A DNA stretch of 58,220 bases from sequence record DRR723986_34976, one strand, 5' to 3'. This document shows positions 38,865 to 49,584 of the stretch, piece by piece. The position numbers and the translations under genes are program-made. Positions within the stretch are counted from its first letter, which is position 1. Each line of letters begins with the position of its first letter. The notes under the pieces are model-generated. The model was given only the letters and a program-made list of their open reading frames with translations. It had not been told where the DNA came from and ran no database searches.

Positions 38865-40214
38865 ATGAAGATAATTATCGCGGGTGCAGGAGAAGTAGGA
38901 TTTCATTTAGCTAAATTATTATCCTACGAGTCGCAAGAGATAACGCTTATAGATACAAAAAAAGATAGTCTGTCCTATGCTGGTGAGCATTTAGATATAA
39001 AAACTATTAAGGGAGATGCTACATCTATATCTATACTCAGAGAAGCTCGAATTGATACTGCCGCTCTCTTTATTGCAGTTACATCTTCAGAAACTACAAA
39101 TATCACTGCTAGTGTGTTAGCTAAGCAACTTGGTGCGCAACGTACTATAGCAAGAATATCTAATACAGAATTTATAGATGAGAAAGATACTATAGGCTTT
39201 TCTCAATTTGGTATAGATGAGTTGATTTCTCCAGAATCCTTAGCAGCAGCTGAGATTGAATTATTATTAAATCAATATGGATTTAATGATACTTATGAGT
39301 TCGAAGATGGCGCACTTACCATGTTAGGTTTGCGTTTGTCTCGTACAGCCACATTTATAGATAAAACAGTTAAGGAAGCTGCAGAGTTATATTCAGAATT
39401 ACATTTTATTCCTATTGCGATTCAACGTTATGGAACCCAATATACCATTATACCAAGAGGTGATACCATCTTTAAAGAAGGTGATAAAGTGGTTTTTATG
39501 ACTTCTAAAGGCGGTGATGCTGAATTATTTGAGTTATCAGGTAAAGTTAAGACTGAGATTAAAGATGTTATGATTCTTGGAGGTAGTAAAATTGGATTTA
39601 AAACCTCAAGAGATTTATGTGCTAGCAAGTTTAATGTAAAGCTAGTTGAAAGTAGAAAAGCGGTTGCAGAAGATTTAGCGGAAAGATTACCAAATGCTCT
39701 CGTTATTTGTGGAGATGGCAGAAATGTGGAAATTTTACAAGAAGAGAATATTTCTGAGATGGATGCCTTCATTTCTGTTACTGGTAATTCTGAAACCAAT
39801 ATCATGTCTTGTTTATTGGCAAAGTCAAAAGGTGTAAAGAAGACCATTGCCCTGGTTGAGAATATGGATTATTACCAGTTGTCTCAATCTATTGGTATAG
39901 ATACACTAATCAATAAAAAGTTATTAGCTGCAAATAATATCTTTAGGTACATTAGAAAAGGTGAGGTGGTTGCTATGACCAAACTGACTAATATGAATGC
40001 AGAATTGCTAGAATTTGTCGTAAAACCCAATTCTAAAATTTGCAATAAGGTTATAAAAGATTTAAACTTTCCTAGATCGGCAATTTTTGGCGGTGTCATA
40101 AGAGATGGTAAAGGTTTAATACCATTAGGTAGCTTTAAGATTGAAACAGGTGACCGTGTAGTTGTTTGTTGTCTTCCGCGCTCTATTTCTGAAGTAGAAG
40201 CATTTTTCTCATAG
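38865..40214 (+). CDS. trkA: Trk potassium uptake NAD-binding subunit
   Basis: Two RCK units (GAGEVG; ILGGSKIG). Confidence 0.95.
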   Translation: MKIIIAGAGEVGFHLAKLLSYESQEITLIDTKKDSLSYAGEHLDIKTIKGDATSISILREARIDTAALFIAVTSSETTNITASVLAKQLGAQRTIARISNTEFIDEKDTIGFSQFGIDELISPESLAAAEIELLLNQYGFNDTYEFEDGALTMLGLRLSRTATFIDKTVKEAAELYSELHFIPIAIQRYGTQYTIIPRGDTIFKEGDKVVFMTSKGGDAELFELSGKVKTEIKDVMILGGSKIGFKTSRDLCASKFNVKLVESRKAVAEDLAERLPNALVICGDGRNVEILQEENISEMDAFISVTGNSETNIMSCLLAKSKGVKKTIALVENMDYYQLSQSIGIDTLINKKLLAANNIFRYIRKGEVVAMTKLTNMNAELLEFVVKPNSKICNKVIKDLNFPRSAIFGGVIRDGKGLIPLGSFKIETGDRVVVCCLPRSISEVEAFFS

Positions 40215-40217
40215 GTT

Positions 40218-41720
40218 ATGTCTAGAATGAACCTTAATTATAAGATCATTTTCCATTTTTTTGGATTGCTACTGTTGTTCAATGGTGGTTTTATGCTGGT
40301 GGCCACGTTGATAAGTCTCATATATAAAGATGGCGTAACATTAGAATTATTTCTCGCAGGTTTAATGACATTACTTATTGGTGCATTTGCTATGATAGGT
40401 ACAAAAAACCATCGCAAGGAAATGAATAAACGCGAGGGTTACATTGTTGTAGCTTTTGGATGGATTGTAATGTCCTTAAGTGGCACATTACCATACTTAA
40501 TAACAGAATCCATACCTTCTTTTACCAACGCATTCTTTGAGACCATGTCTGGTTATACAACGACAGGTGCCAGTATTTTAAATGATATTGAGGTTATTCC
40601 TGAAGGTGTCTTGTTTTGGAGAAGTACAACGCACTGGATTGGTGGTATGGGAATTATAGTACTCGCAATTGCTATATTGCCCTTATTAGGTGTCGGTGGA
40701 ATGCAACTTTTTGCAGCTGAGGCTCCAGGACCTGGAGGTGATAAATTGCACCCAAGAATAACAGATACAGCAAAGCGTTTATGGTTGATTTATGTTGGTT
40801 ATACTGCTGCGGAAACTATTCTATTGCAGTTTGCTGGAATGTCTTTTTTTGATGCTATTAATCATGCGTTGAGTACGCTTTCAACAGGAGGTTTTTCAAC
40901 GAAAAATGCAAGTGTAGCACATTGGAATGATAATCCGGCAATACAATATATCATCATCTTTTTTATGTTTTTGGCAGGTACTAATTTTGTATTAAGCTAC
41001 TTCCTATTTAAAGGCAAGGTGTCAAAAATTATAAATGACGATGAGTTTAAATTATACTTTAAATTCATTGCTATTTTTACTGTAGTGGCTGCATTACTTA
41101 TATACTTTAGAGCTGATGTATCACAGTCATCAATGGCACATCCAATGGTATTAGGAGAGGGTGAGAGTGCTATACGTCATGGTTTATTTCAGGTTTTGGC
41201 AATTGTTACAACTACAGGTTTTGTGACTGCCGACTATACTATGTGGACTCCCTTTTTAACAGTTTTCTTTTTTGGTCTTATGTTTTTAGGTGGTTCAGCT
41301 GGTAGTACCTCTGGTGGTGTTAAGGTCGTTCGTCAGTTAATTCTAATAAAAAATGGGTTCTTGGAGTTTAAACGTGCATTACATCCAAATGCTATACTAC
41401 CTGTAAGGTATAATAAGAAAGCTGTTTCTGGCGATATTGTATTCAACATTCTTGGATTCTTCATTCTATATATGCTATCGTTTATTGTCGGTGCCTTGGT
41501 GTTTTCAATGTTTCAAATAGATTTTGAATCTTCGATTGGTTTGGCGGCTTCAAGTTTAGGAAACGTTGGTCCTGCACTTGGAGATTTTGGTCCTGTAAAT
41601 AATTATAGTGCATTGCCAGCATTAGGTAAATGGTGGGCATCCTTTTTAATGCTTTTAGGACGATTAGAATTGTTTACTATACTTATATTAATGACTCCTT
41701 TTTTCTGGCGAAATAGATAA
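40218..41720 (+). CDS. trkH: Trk potassium transporter membrane subunit
   Basis: Selectivity filters SGYTTTG, STGGF, TTTGF and GNVGP, plus GSTSGGVK and GRLE. Confidence 0.95.
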   Translation: MSRMNLNYKIIFHFFGLLLLFNGGFMLVATLISLIYKDGVTLELFLAGLMTLLIGAFAMIGTKNHRKEMNKREGYIVVAFGWIVMSLSGTLPYLITESIPSFTNAFFETMSGYTTTGASILNDIEVIPEGVLFWRSTTHWIGGMGIIVLAIAILPLLGVGGMQLFAAEAPGPGGDKLHPRITDTAKRLWLIYVGYTAAETILLQFAGMSFFDAINHALSTLSTGGFSTKNASVAHWNDNPAIQYIIIFFMFLAGTNFVLSYFLFKGKVSKIINDDEFKLYFKFIAIFTVVAALLIYFRADVSQSSMAHPMVLGEGESAIRHGLFQVLAIVTTTGFVTADYTMWTPFLTVFFFGLMFLGGSAGSTSGGVKVVRQLILIKNGFLEFKRALHPNAILPVRYNKKAVSGDIVFNILGFFILYMLSFIVGALVFSMFQIDFESSIGLAASSLGNVGPALGDFGPVNNYSALPALGKWWASFLMLLGRLELFTILILMTPFFWRNR

Positions 41721-41827
41721 TATTTCAACTTTTTTTTAAGGTTATAAATAATAATATCAGCCTATATATTTACTGGTGTTTTTAGCTCTTAATTGCTTCA
41801 ATCTTTTGCTATAGTTGCAATACAGGC

Positions 41828-41853
41828 TGTAACATTTTTTAATATTAGGCGTC
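41828..41853 (+). promoter_or_regulatory. Putative ECF-sigma promoter
   Basis: TGTAAC-N16-CGTC about 30 nt before ATG 41885. Confidence 0.55.
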
Positions 41854-41884
41854 ATATCTATGTAACCAATTAAAAACATCAATC

Positions 41885-42133
41885 ATGGAATTAGTCATTA
41901 ATCAAAGTTTAGAATTTGTACCAGAACCCACTGAGGTATCAAAATTTACCTCTAAAGGCTTGTTAAATTCTAATTACAAATCAGTTGTGAAACATAATTT
42001 TAGTCAGTCAACGTCAAAGTCAATTTTTGGAATTAGACAACGTATTAAATCTTCACAATTAAATATGGTGAACCATACGGCAGTTATTTTAAAACTTTCA
42101 GTTTTCGCCATAGCCTTAGTAGCTTTATTCTAG
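41885..42133 (+). CDS. Small hypothetical protein with C-terminal TM helix
   Basis: 82 aa, A-rich leader, weak similarity to the next two ORFs. Confidence 0.6.
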   Translation: MELVINQSLEFVPEPTEVSKFTSKGLLNSNYKSVVKHNFSQSTSKSIFGIRQRIKSSQLNMVNHTAVILKLSVFAIALVALF

Positions 42134-42251
42134 TAGTAAACTACCTAATCTGATCTTTTAACTGGCACTTAATAAAGTGTCTTTTATTTTGTATCACTTT
42201 AAGCTGATATGACGATTTGCACTCTTATTTTAACGTTTAAATATCAATATT

Positions 42252-42533
42252 ATGCCAGGGAATTCAATGGACATTATCAATTTTAATAAAGCGCAACTAC
42301 CTCAGAGGTATAAGTTTAAGAATACGCTTGGCGGATATGGTAAAAATAAAAAAACTGAGTTTGAATTTCCTAAAGCGACGAATAAGCAGCTGAGAGATAT
42401 TGCAAAACGATTAAAAGAAGAACATCAATTGAGAATGATAAAGGTAATAGTTTTAACTATTATTTTATTTATAGGACTTGTTGCTGTATTTGTTTATGCT
42501 GAGGATGGTTTGGCCAATTTATTTACATATTAA
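42252..42533 (+). CDS. Small hypothetical protein with C-terminal TM helix
   Basis: 93 aa; the TLGGYGK...FPKAT motif is shared with the next ORF. Confidence 0.8.
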   Translation: MPGNSMDIINFNKAQLPQRYKFKNTLGGYGKNKKTEFEFPKATNKQLRDIAKRLKEEHQLRMIKVIVLTIILFIGLVAVFVYAEDGLANLFTY

Positions 42534-42543
42534 TTTTGCTGTT

Positions 42544-42807
42544 ATGTCGCATGGAGAAGCAATGATTAGCACTATAAAAAGCAATAAAGCCATAATGCTG
42601 AATAAATCTAAACGATTTAGAAAAACACTTGGTGGTTATGGTAAAAGCAGGATAATAGAATATGATTTCCCAAAGGCAACACCACAGCAATTAAGTAATA
42701 TAAGGGCCAAAATTAAAAAAGAAACACAAATCTTATGGACTAAGGTAGTCGTAGTATCTTCTGTGGTTATCATCTTTATTATTTGGTTATATTTTAAATT
42801 AAAATAA
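42544..42807 (+). CDS. Small hypothetical protein with C-terminal TM helix (paralog)
   Basis: 87 aa from ATG 42544; contains TLGGYGK...FPKAT. Confidence 0.8.
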   Translation: MSHGEAMISTIKSNKAIMLNKSKRFRKTLGGYGKSRIIEYDFPKATPQQLSNIRAKIKKETQILWTKVVVVSSVVIIFIIWLYFKLK

Positions 42808-42844
42808 AAAAGCTATAACATCTCAGGATGCTATAGCTTTTTTT
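42805..42844. terminator. Bidirectional terminator
   Basis: AAAAAAGCTATAACATC...GATGCTATAGCTTTTTT. Confidence 0.75.
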
Positions 42845-42871
42845 GAAAAAAAGGCGATTGATGAAATTATA

Positions 42872-44056
42872 CTAGCATAACGCTTGTTTAATCCTTTTAA
42901 TTGCCTCTTTAATATTTTCTTGTGAAGCGGCATAAGATATTCTTATACAATCTGGGTTACCAAAAGCTTCACCTGTTACTGTGGCTACCAATGCCTCTTC
43001 AAGTAAAAATAATGACATATCAGATGCGTTGTTTATGGTTTTACCTTTTATGGTTTTACCGAAAAAAGAGGACACATTAGGAAATACATAAAACGCACCT
43101 TCTGGTTGGTTGGTTTTAAAACCGTCGATTTCATTTAATAGGTCCAAGATAAGTGTTCTTCGTTCCTTAAATTGATCAACCATATATGTTATTCTATCTG
43201 GTGATGCCTCTAGAGCGGTAATGACGGCACGTTGAGCAATACAATTAGCGCCACTAGTTACTTGTCCTTGCATTTTATTGCATGCTCTTGCAATCCAGTC
43301 TGGAGCTCCAATAAATCCAATTCTCCAGCCAGTCATAGCAAATGCTTTTGATACACCATTTACTGTAATTGTTCTTTCATACATATCTTCAAATTGAGCC
43401 ATACTATAATGTCCGCCAACAAAGTTGATGTGTTCATAGATCTCATCTGAAACAACATATATGTTTGGGTGTTTTTTAAGTACATCTGCCAAAGCTCTTA
43501 GTTCTTCTTTACTATATACAGAACCACTTGGATTACAAGGAGAACTATACCAAATCATTTTGGTTTTAGGTGTAATGGCAGCTTCTAATTGAGCGGCTGT
43601 CATTTTAAAATCATTCTGTATATCAGTTTTTACTTCAACTGGTACTCCTTCATTGAGTTTTACGATATCGCTATAACTTACCCAATAAGGACATGGTAAA
43701 ATAACTTCATCTCCTTTATTTAACATTACAGACGCTATGTTAAATAAAGCTTGTTTTGCACCAGTAGAAACTACAATTTGAGGTAAGGTATAATCCAGCC
43801 CATTATCTCGTTTAAACTTGGTTATAATAGCATTTTTAAGGTCTACATAGCCATCTACAGGTGTATAGCTATTATAGTTATCATTGACTGCTTGAATAGC
43901 TGCTTCTTTAATAAAATCTGGAGTGTTAAAGTCTGGTTCACCCAAGCTTAATCCAATAATGTCTTTTCCCTCTGCACGTAATTCTCTAGCTTTTGCAGCC
44001 ATAGCGAGGGTAGCTGAAGTCGATAGGTTATTAACTCTATCTGAAAGTTGGTTCAT
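42872..44056 (-). CDS. PLP-dependent class I/II aminotransferase (aspartate aminotransferase-like)
   Basis: Motifs GEPDF, PCNPSG, SDEIYE and SKAFAMTGWRIG. Confidence 0.93.
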   Translation of the reverse strand: MNQLSDRVNNLSTSATLAMAAKARELRAEGKDIIGLSLGEPDFNTPDFIKEAAIQAVNDNYNSYTPVDGYVDLKNAIITKFKRDNGLDYTLPQIVVSTGAKQALFNIASVMLNKGDEVILPCPYWVSYSDIVKLNEGVPVEVKTDIQNDFKMTAAQLEAAITPKTKMIWYSSPCNPSGSVYSKEELRALADVLKKHPNIYVVSDEIYEHINFVGGHYSMAQFEDMYERTITVNGVSKAFAMTGWRIGFIGAPDWIARACNKMQGQVTSGANCIAQRAVITALEASPDRITYMVDQFKERRTLILDLLNEIDGFKTNQPEGAFYVFPNVSSFFGKTIKGKTINNASDMSLFLLEEALVATVTGEAFGNPDCIRISYAASQENIKEAIKRIKQALC

Positions 44057-44074
44057 ATTATAGTAAAAATAGAA

Positions 44075-45175
44075 TTATGCTTGCATTGTAGGTCGCATTC
44101 CCATTTCTTTTAAAAATCTGAAATGTGCCGCAATTGCTTTTCTTGTAGTTTCGTATTCTTTATATGGTAAATTAAATTCCTTAGCAGTGTCCTTAACAAT
44201 TTTTGCGATTTTGCCATAATGGATATGACTGATATGAGGAAAAATATGATGCTCTACCTGATGGTTTAGTCCACCAGTATACCAATTCACTAACCAGTTT
44301 TTAGCACCAAAATTTACAGTAGTTTTTAATTGGTGAATAGCCCAAGTGTTTTTCATAGTACCATCTTTCTCTGGCATAGGCATTTCTGCTTCGTCCATAA
44401 CATGAGCAAGTTGAAATACTACACTTAGTATTAATCCGGCAACGTAGTGCATAATAAAGAAACCAATTAAGATTTTATACCACGCAATATCAGTAAGTAC
44501 TATTGGTAGTACTATCCACATAGCAAGGTAAATAAGTTTAGAGATAACTAATTTACTCCAGTTTACAACCGGATTTGGTAATTTTCCATAAGACAATTTA
44601 CGCTTCATATAACGACTCATCTGCTGAAAATCTGTTGTAATTGCCCAGTTAATAGTTAATAAACCATATAATAGTATAGAGTAGTAGTGTTGAAATTTAT
44701 GATGTTTATGCCACTCAGCATGTTTTGAAAAACGCAGTATTCTTCCGGCTTCTAAATCTTCATCATGACCATGAATATTAGTGTATGTATGGTGTAATAC
44801 ATTGTGCTGTACTTTCCAGTTGTATACATTTCCGGCTAAAATATAGATACTGCTACCCATCAATCTATTAACCCATTCTTTATTTGAAAAGGAACCATGA
44901 TTTCCATCGTGCATCACATTCATTCCAACACCAGCCATGCCAATACCCATTACAATAGTAAGAAGCAATTGCGCCCAGGTAGGAATATCTAATGTTAATA
45001 ATAAAAAGTAGGGAGTTAAGAACAACGTGAACATAACTATAGTCTTTAGCCATAATTGCCAGTTACCAGTACGTTTAATGTTGTTTTCTTTAAAATAGTT
45101 GTTTACTCTTTTGTTTAAAGTTCTAAAAAACTTTGCTGAGTCAGCTCTTGAGAAGGATAGGGTTTGTTGTGCCAT
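44075..45175 (-). CDS. Membrane fatty acid (acyl-CoA) desaturase
   Basis: His boxes HDGNH, HNVLHH and QVEHH. Confidence 0.93.
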   Translation of the reverse strand: MAQQTLSFSRADSAKFFRTLNKRVNNYFKENNIKRTGNWQLWLKTIVMFTLFLTPYFLLLTLDIPTWAQLLLTIVMGIGMAGVGMNVMHDGNHGSFSNKEWVNRLMGSSIYILAGNVYNWKVQHNVLHHTYTNIHGHDEDLEAGRILRFSKHAEWHKHHKFQHYYSILLYGLLTINWAITTDFQQMSRYMKRKLSYGKLPNPVVNWSKLVISKLIYLAMWIVLPIVLTDIAWYKILIGFFIMHYVAGLILSVVFQLAHVMDEAEMPMPEKDGTMKNTWAIHQLKTTVNFGAKNWLVNWYTGGLNHQVEHHIFPHISHIHYGKIAKIVKDTAKEFNLPYKEYETTRKAIAAHFRFLKEMGMRPTMQA

Positions 45176-45315
45176 GTATTCAATTTTTTATTATAACGCC
45201 CCAATTCGGGATAGATTATAAAGTGCCAAAGATAATTAATAATTAAATCCAATCTCAGGCTTTATGATTAAATTATGAACACTAAAAATAACTATTTTTG
45301 TTCAAAAAAAAAGTT

Positions 45316-45942
45316 ATGAAACTTATCTTAAAATATTTTCCAGATTTATCGGAAACTCAAATGGACCAATTTAAGGCTTTAGAGCATTTATATAAGGATT
45401 GGAACACTAAGATAAATGTAGTTTCTCGTAAGGATATTGACGAGCTTTATTTAAGACATGTGCTTCATTCATTGGGTATAGCAAAAGTGATTGAATTTAA
45501 AGACGATTCTAATATTTTAGATGTTGGTACTGGTGGCGGTTTTCCTGGTGTTCCTTTAGCTATTTTATTTCCTAAATGTAATTTTCATTTGGTTGATAGT
45601 ATTAACAAAAAGCTTAAAGTAATTAATGCTGTTGCGGAGTCTATAGAGTTAAAAAATATTAGAACAACACACAGTAGAGTTGAGGCTATAGACGAGACTT
45701 ATGATTTTATTGTTAGCAGAGCAGTAACAGCAATGCCAGAATTTACAAAATGGATTAAGGGCAAAATTGCCAAGAAGCAGAGAAATGAATTAAAAAATGG
45801 CATTCTTTATCTTAAAGGTGGCGACCTAACTGAAGAATTAAAGCAGTATAAGACGGTAAAAGCATACTTATTGTCAGATTATTTTGAAGAGGACTTTTTT
45901 GAGACAAAAAAGGTCATACACCTTCCTTTAAAGCATAAATAA
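45316..45942 (+). CDS. rsmG: 16S rRNA m7G527 methyltransferase
   Basis: Motifs WNTKINVVSRKD, DVGTGGGFPG, SRAV and LKGG. Confidence 0.95.
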   Translation: MKLILKYFPDLSETQMDQFKALEHLYKDWNTKINVVSRKDIDELYLRHVLHSLGIAKVIEFKDDSNILDVGTGGGFPGVPLAILFPKCNFHLVDSINKKLKVINAVAESIELKNIRTTHSRVEAIDETYDFIVSRAVTAMPEFTKWIKGKIAKKQRNELKNGILYLKGGDLTEELKQYKTVKAYLLSDYFEEDFFETKKVIHLPLKHK

Positions 45943-45970
45943 AAAAAGCCTTTCAATTGAAAGGCTTTTT
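45943..45970. terminator. Bidirectional terminator
   Basis: AAAAAGCCTTTCA-AT-TGAAAGGCTTTTT. Confidence 0.85.
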
Positions 45971-45984
45971 AGTTTTTACTAAAA

Positions 45985-47673
45985 TTAATTTGCCAAGAAT
46001 TTTGTAGTGAAGGTTGCATTGTTTTCACCTGTAATATTCAATATATAGAATCCTGATGCCAGCTCTAATGGAATGGTTGTTCTATTATTTAAAGTTGTTG
46101 ATGTATTGAATATAACTTTACCAGTAAGGTCAACAATGTTGATAGTTGCATTCTGAGTTTGGTCTGAAAGTAAAACAAGCTCATTACTAATTGGATTTTT
46201 CTCTAATTTTAATATAAAAAGATTGTCATCAGAAATACTTACTGGTGGATTTAAGATTTCATTTAATGCAAAAGCGACATTGCCATCAGTTAACTGTACA
46301 TGTGGTTCGCTATCTACTGGTATAAATGTATTTACAAAAGGCGTGTTATTTGTAGTTGCACGACCAGCAATATTTATATCATGATGCCAATCAATTTCAT
46401 TATTTGTTATTTCTAAAGCTAGTGCACTAACAGAAGGGATAAAATTGAATTTATCAATATTTAGAGCATTAACAAAATCACCTGCTACGCCACCTCCGTT
46501 ACCAATATCACCAGTAAGGCCAGCTAAATCAAATAGTCCTCCTGGTGCCGCGTCAATACCATCAGAAAAGGAAAATGCTTCGCTCTGTGCAGAGGAACCT
46601 TCTACTTCGATGCCAAAAACTTGAATTGAGATACTACTAGCTAAATTTGTTAATCCTGCAGCTGGTGTAAAATTTACATCTATAAAGACATTCGCAGTAA
46701 AAATTCCAACCGGAACACTTAATGTTGTATTGATGACATTATAACCATTAGTGACCGTTGGGCCTGTATTGCCCATTGCAAAATAAGCATTATTCTCACC
46801 GCTACCATTAATTATAGCAACATTGCGCACAGTTTCAGGAAAACCAGAAGGTGTTAACGCATTAATATTAGATTCAAAAATTGCTCTAAATGGGTGTGCT
46901 TGTGGCAGTGTTAGTGCAGGATCAAAGCTTACTAAGTCTGCACCTGAAAGATGAGCCTCTAAGTGATCGGTTAATAATTGTCTCGCAGCAGCTGATTTTA
47001 ATAAACCATTAATTAATGGTTGAACTTCCGGTGTTGGATTAGTGCCATTAAATGCCAAAAAATTTAATTGATGCTGTAAACCTATTGGTACGTTAGCTCC
47101 ATGATGTGGTGAATCGAAAGAAATATAAAGTCTCGTGTCAGAATCCAAACTGTTAGCTTCCATGTAATTTAAAGCATAACGCGAAATTATACCACCCATA
47201 CTAGGTCCAATTATAACATTTTGCTCTGGACTATTATTTGCCTTTGCTGTATTAATAATGTCAATTAGCTCTACCAATAGCATCGCATTACGTTCCATAA
47301 AATCTGCTCCACCATCTACAATAGCTCCATCTGCTGCTCTCGTATATGTTGGGAAATTTAGGACAACAACATCAAAGCCTTCTGCTCTAACTAGGTCTGC
47401 TAAATTCTGTGGGCCTTGAGCTCCATTGAAATCTAACAGTCCATATAAACCAGCAATATCTCTAGTGTCTCCTGGGTCAAATCCATCAACAACAATTATT
47501 GGTTTGTCTAAAATGTTATCAGCACTTAAAAAGATTTGATACTCTCCTTCACCAGGATAATTAGTTGCTTCTCCATAAGGAGCCAAATCTGGCGCAATAC
47601 TAGCTGTAAATGCAGTTTGAGCAAATATGAATATTGGGCAAAGTAAAAAGATTAAAAGGTAATGTTTTTTCAT
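45985..47673 (-). CDS. Secreted alpha/beta-hydrolase with T9SS type A C-terminal domain
   Basis: Signal peptide from ATG 47673, VDGFDP, GPSMGG nucleophile elbow, DSPHHGAN, and a CTD (KNP...DLTGK...GFYILNI). Confidence 0.8.
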   Translation of the reverse strand: MKKHYLLIFLLCPIFIFAQTAFTASIAPDLAPYGEATNYPGEGEYQIFLSADNILDKPIIVVDGFDPGDTRDIAGLYGLLDFNGAQGPQNLADLVRAEGFDVVVLNFPTYTRAADGAIVDGGADFMERNAMLLVELIDIINTAKANNSPEQNVIIGPSMGGIISRYALNYMEANSLDSDTRLYISFDSPHHGANVPIGLQHQLNFLAFNGTNPTPEVQPLINGLLKSAAARQLLTDHLEAHLSGADLVSFDPALTLPQAHPFRAIFESNINALTPSGFPETVRNVAIINGSGENNAYFAMGNTGPTVTNGYNVINTTLSVPVGIFTANVFIDVNFTPAAGLTNLASSISIQVFGIEVEGSSAQSEAFSFSDGIDAAPGGLFDLAGLTGDIGNGGGVAGDFVNALNIDKFNFIPSVSALALEITNNEIDWHHDINIAGRATTNNTPFVNTFIPVDSEPHVQLTDGNVAFALNEILNPPVSISDDNLFILKLEKNPISNELVLLSDQTQNATINIVDLTGKVIFNTSTTLNNRTTIPLELASGFYILNITGENNATFTTKFLAN

Positions 47674-47817
47674 AAATGATTGATTTGATAATTGTACCTG
47701 AAAGATACAAACTTTATAGTTTTTCGGAAGTAAATCTTTTTGAATATGTTGTTTAAAACAAAAAAAATCCTTAAAAACAGTAGTCTTTAAGGATTTGTAT
47801 GTCAACAGTTTAGTTGC

Positions 47818-49443
47818 TTAGCCTAAGAAAGGATATCTGTAATCTGTTGGTGTTACAAACGTTTCTTTAATGAGTCTTGGTGATACCCATCTTAAAAGAT
47901 TTTGAGCACTACCTGCTTTATCATTTGTACCAGAAGCTCTTGCGCCACCAAATGGTTGTTGGCCTACTACAGCTCCTGTAGGTTTATCATTAATATAGAA
48001 GTTACCTGCAGAATTCTGCAACGCCTTAGTTGCTTCTTCAATGGCATAGCGATCTGTAGATAAAATAGCACCAGTTAAAGCATATTCACTAGTTTCATCT
48101 ACTAATTTTAATGTTGCAGAGTATTCAGCTTCATCATAAACATAAATTGTAATTACTGGTCCGAATAACTCAGTACACATTGTTGTGTATTTTGGATTAG
48201 TAGTTACTATTACAGTTGGTTCAATAAAATATCCTTTTGATTTATCATAACCACCACCAGCAATTATTTTAGCATCATTATCAGCTTTTGCTGCATCTAT
48301 ATATTGTGCTAGTTTATCAAATGAGCCTTCATGGATCACAGCCGTAATAAAATTACCCATATCTTCTGGTGAGCCCATTTTAAATGAATTGATGTCTTCT
48401 AAGAGGTGTTCTTTGACATCGGCCCAAAGATTACTAGGTATATATGCTCTTGAAGCAGCACTACATTTTTGTCCTTGGAATTCAAATGCACCACGGGAAA
48501 TAGCTGTTGCTACTTGTTTTGGGTTGGCAGATTTATGGGCAACTATAAAGTCTTTTCCACCTGTTTCGCCTACAATTCTTGGATAGGTTTTATAGTGGTG
48601 AATATTTTCTCCAATCTGCTTCCATAATTCTTTAAAAATAAATGTAGATCCTGTGAAATGCAATCCAGAGAAATCCGGACTTGCTAATACTGTGTTTGTA
48701 ATCATTACTGGATCACCAAAAATCACATTTATAACACCATCTGGTACACCCGCTTCTTTAAATACATCCATAATAACCTTTGCAGAATAGACTTGACTAT
48801 CACTTGGTTTCCAAACTACAACATTACCCATTAACGCCATACAAGCTGGTAAATTACCTGCAATTGCCGTAAAGTTGAATGGTGTTACGGCATAGGTAAA
48901 ACCTTCAAGTGGTCTATATTCAACGCGATTCCATGCATCACTCGTACTTTCAGGTTGTTCCATATAAATATCAGTCATAAACTGAACGTTGAAACGTAAG
49001 AAATCAATAAATTCACAAGCGGCATCAATTTCTGCTTGGTGAATTGTTTTTGATTGAGCAATCATTGTAGCAGCATTAATTTTAGCTCTGTAAGGACCGG
49101 CAATTAACTCAGCAGCTTTTAAGAAAATTCCAGCACGTTGTTCCCATGGCATTTGAGACCATGATTTACGTGCTTCAAGAGCTGTTGCTATAGCTTCATC
49201 AACATGTTTTTGTTCTGCCAAATGGTATTCGCCAACAATATGTTTGTGGTCATGAGGAGGTGACATAGTTCTGGTGTTTCCAGTTTTAATGTCCTTTCCA
49301 TTTATATATAAAGGGACTTCAACTTTACTATTAAACATAGCTTTATACGCTTCTTGAACTGCTTTACGCTCAGGAGATCCTGGTGCATAAGATTTTACGG
49401 GTTCGTTTACAGCAACTGGTACATTAAAGAATCCTTTTCCCAT
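47818..49443 (-). CDS. pruA: L-glutamate gamma-semialdehyde (P5C) dehydrogenase
   Basis: Motifs NEPVKSYAPGS, TPFNFTAI, FTGST, GETGGK, GQKCSA and PFGGARASGTNDK. Confidence 0.95.
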   Translation of the reverse strand: MGKGFFNVPVAVNEPVKSYAPGSPERKAVQEAYKAMFNSKVEVPLYINGKDIKTGNTRTMSPPHDHKHIVGEYHLAEQKHVDEAIATALEARKSWSQMPWEQRAGIFLKAAELIAGPYRAKINAATMIAQSKTIHQAEIDAACEFIDFLRFNVQFMTDIYMEQPESTSDAWNRVEYRPLEGFTYAVTPFNFTAIAGNLPACMALMGNVVVWKPSDSQVYSAKVIMDVFKEAGVPDGVINVIFGDPVMITNTVLASPDFSGLHFTGSTFIFKELWKQIGENIHHYKTYPRIVGETGGKDFIVAHKSANPKQVATAISRGAFEFQGQKCSAASRAYIPSNLWADVKEHLLEDINSFKMGSPEDMGNFITAVIHEGSFDKLAQYIDAAKADNDAKIIAGGGYDKSKGYFIEPTVIVTTNPKYTTMCTELFGPVITIYVYDEAEYSATLKLVDETSEYALTGAILSTDRYAIEEATKALQNSAGNFYINDKPTGAVVGQQPFGGARASGTNDKAGSAQNLLRWVSPRLIKETFVTPTDYRYPFLG

Positions 49444-49584
49444 AATTTGATTTATTTTTTGGTTTAAAAATTGAAAGTGCAAAGGTACAATTTTTATGGA
49501 AGATTATTAGGTTTAGAGTAGTTAGAAATTAGACTATAGAAATATATTTTTTGTAAGTTGCCACTAAATATTATTTTAACCAAA

